A DNA stretch of 64,000 bases. Source: Desulfobacterales bacterium (GTDB taxonomy: Bacteria; Desulfobacterota; Desulfobacteria; Desulfobacterales; ETH-SRB1). The translations under genes and the position numbers were made by a program. A model generated the notes under the pieces. The model was not told the origin of the DNA, searched no databases, and worked only from the letters and a program-made list of their open reading frames with translations. The stretch spans positions 732-64,731 of the forward strand of contig JAUWQO010000003.1 in the NCBI GenBank assembly GCA_030610995.1, in the 5' to 3' direction. Shown here one piece after another: positions 63,446 through 64,000 of the stretch. Numbering within the stretch: the stretch's first letter is position 1; the number at the start of each line of letters is the position of its first letter.

Positions 63446-63762
63446 TGGCCGGAAAATCAATATCGAATGATTTTCGATCAAAAGATCAGTTTAAAGCCGA
63501 AGTGATGAAATGGGCAGAAAAGATAAGTGTAAATCCAGGGCAGATTCGTGTTCAGAAAATGACGAAAAAATGGGCGTCCTGCTCCACAAACGGATGGGTC
63601 TGCTTCAGCACGGATCTTTTAAAGGAACCACGGGCTTTTCAGGATTATGTAATTGTGCATGAACTTCTCCATCTTCAGACGCCGAATCATGGAAAGCTTT
63701 TTAAAAGCATGTTAAATGCCTATCTGCCTGACTGGAAGAAGGCCCTCCCAGTCAGTCCTTGA
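63442..63762 (+). CDS. YgjP/DUF45-type (M48-like) metallopeptidase domain protein, short form
   Basis: WASCSTNGWVCFSTDLL and the HExxH motif (VIVHELLHLQTPNH). ATGA overlap with the hsdR stop, a common hsdR companion. Confidence 0.7.
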   Translation: MMAGKSISNDFRSKDQFKAEVMKWAEKISVNPGQIRVQKMTKKWASCSTNGWVCFSTDLLKEPRAFQDYVIVHELLHLQTPNHGKLFKSMLNAYLPDWKKALPVSP

Positions 63763-64000
63763 TAGCCCTGTTCATATTTCCCTGGATATAACCTTCAAGG
63801 TCAACTGTGACATGGGAAAATCCGATTTTTCTGAATTTTCCGACAATAGTTTCCCTGTTTTTTTTATCTGAAATGCTTTCAATTTCCTCTGGATTTACCT
63901 CTATCCTTGCCATGTTCTCATATTTTCTTACGCGGCAAACGTTAAATCCAAAGTTTATCAAAACATCTTCCGCCTGGTCAACCATTTCAAGGGCCTTCAC
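63752..64000 (-). CDS. LarE-like PP-loop sulfur transferase, C-terminal part (5' end beyond window edge)
   Basis: The C-terminal pattern FGFNVCRVRKYENMARIEVNPEE...FRKIGFSHVTVDLEGYIQGNMN matches the TIGR00268/LarE family tail. The M at 64000 is probably not the true start. Confidence 0.65.
   Translation of the reverse strand: MKALEMVDQAEDVLINFGFNVCRVRKYENMARIEVNPEEIESISDKKNRETIVGKFRKIGFSHVTVDLEGYIQGNMNRAIKD

Overview
This 64-kb chromosomal window comes from an A+T-rich genome that looks like a sulfate-reducing deltaproteobacterium. The taxon is an inference from dsrMKJOP and the overall gene content. 1-13.5 kb holds a truncated guaB, tsaC, a histidine-kinase/enolase-superfamily/PP-loop operon, an IS remnant, a sigma-54 activator, a hybrid REC-kinase, and a B12-radical-SAM + TPR pair. 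13.9-28.0 kb is a rearranged type I-B-like CRISPR-Cas locus. In order it contains: an XRE-HTH/degenerate M78-peptidase gene coupled to cas1; cas1 broken by a frameshift in an A-run; an Avd/23S-IVS-type four-helix-bundle gene inside octamer tandem arrays between cas1 and cas2; vapBC; cas6-cas8-small subunit-cas7-cas5-cas3; a cas6 remnant; an MNT gene coupled to cas4; AbiE-type remnants; and a leader with a 10-repeat array. 28-53 kb is housekeeping: acnA, dsrMKJOP, fdhD, rplU-rpmA-obg-proB-proA-nadD-rsfS-gpmI, a rhodanese, a CDF transporter, and a radical-SAM/MetE-like pair. Its intergenic regions are filled with hairpin cassettes built from short tandem words. 54-63.8 kb is a type I R-M operon (HTH-fused hsdM, hsdS, hsdR, DUF45 peptidase) with embedded cargo. 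The cargo is a minimal Hanks-type Ser/Thr kinase translationally coupled to an unrecognised 399-aa protein, a convergent PD-(D/E)xK-like ORF, and a twice-frameshifted Fic gene. The kinase cassette is my best candidate for an undescribed defence module. The four-helix-bundle cassette inside the CRISPR adaptation operon is second. All functional calls rest on motifs read by eye; no database search was run.
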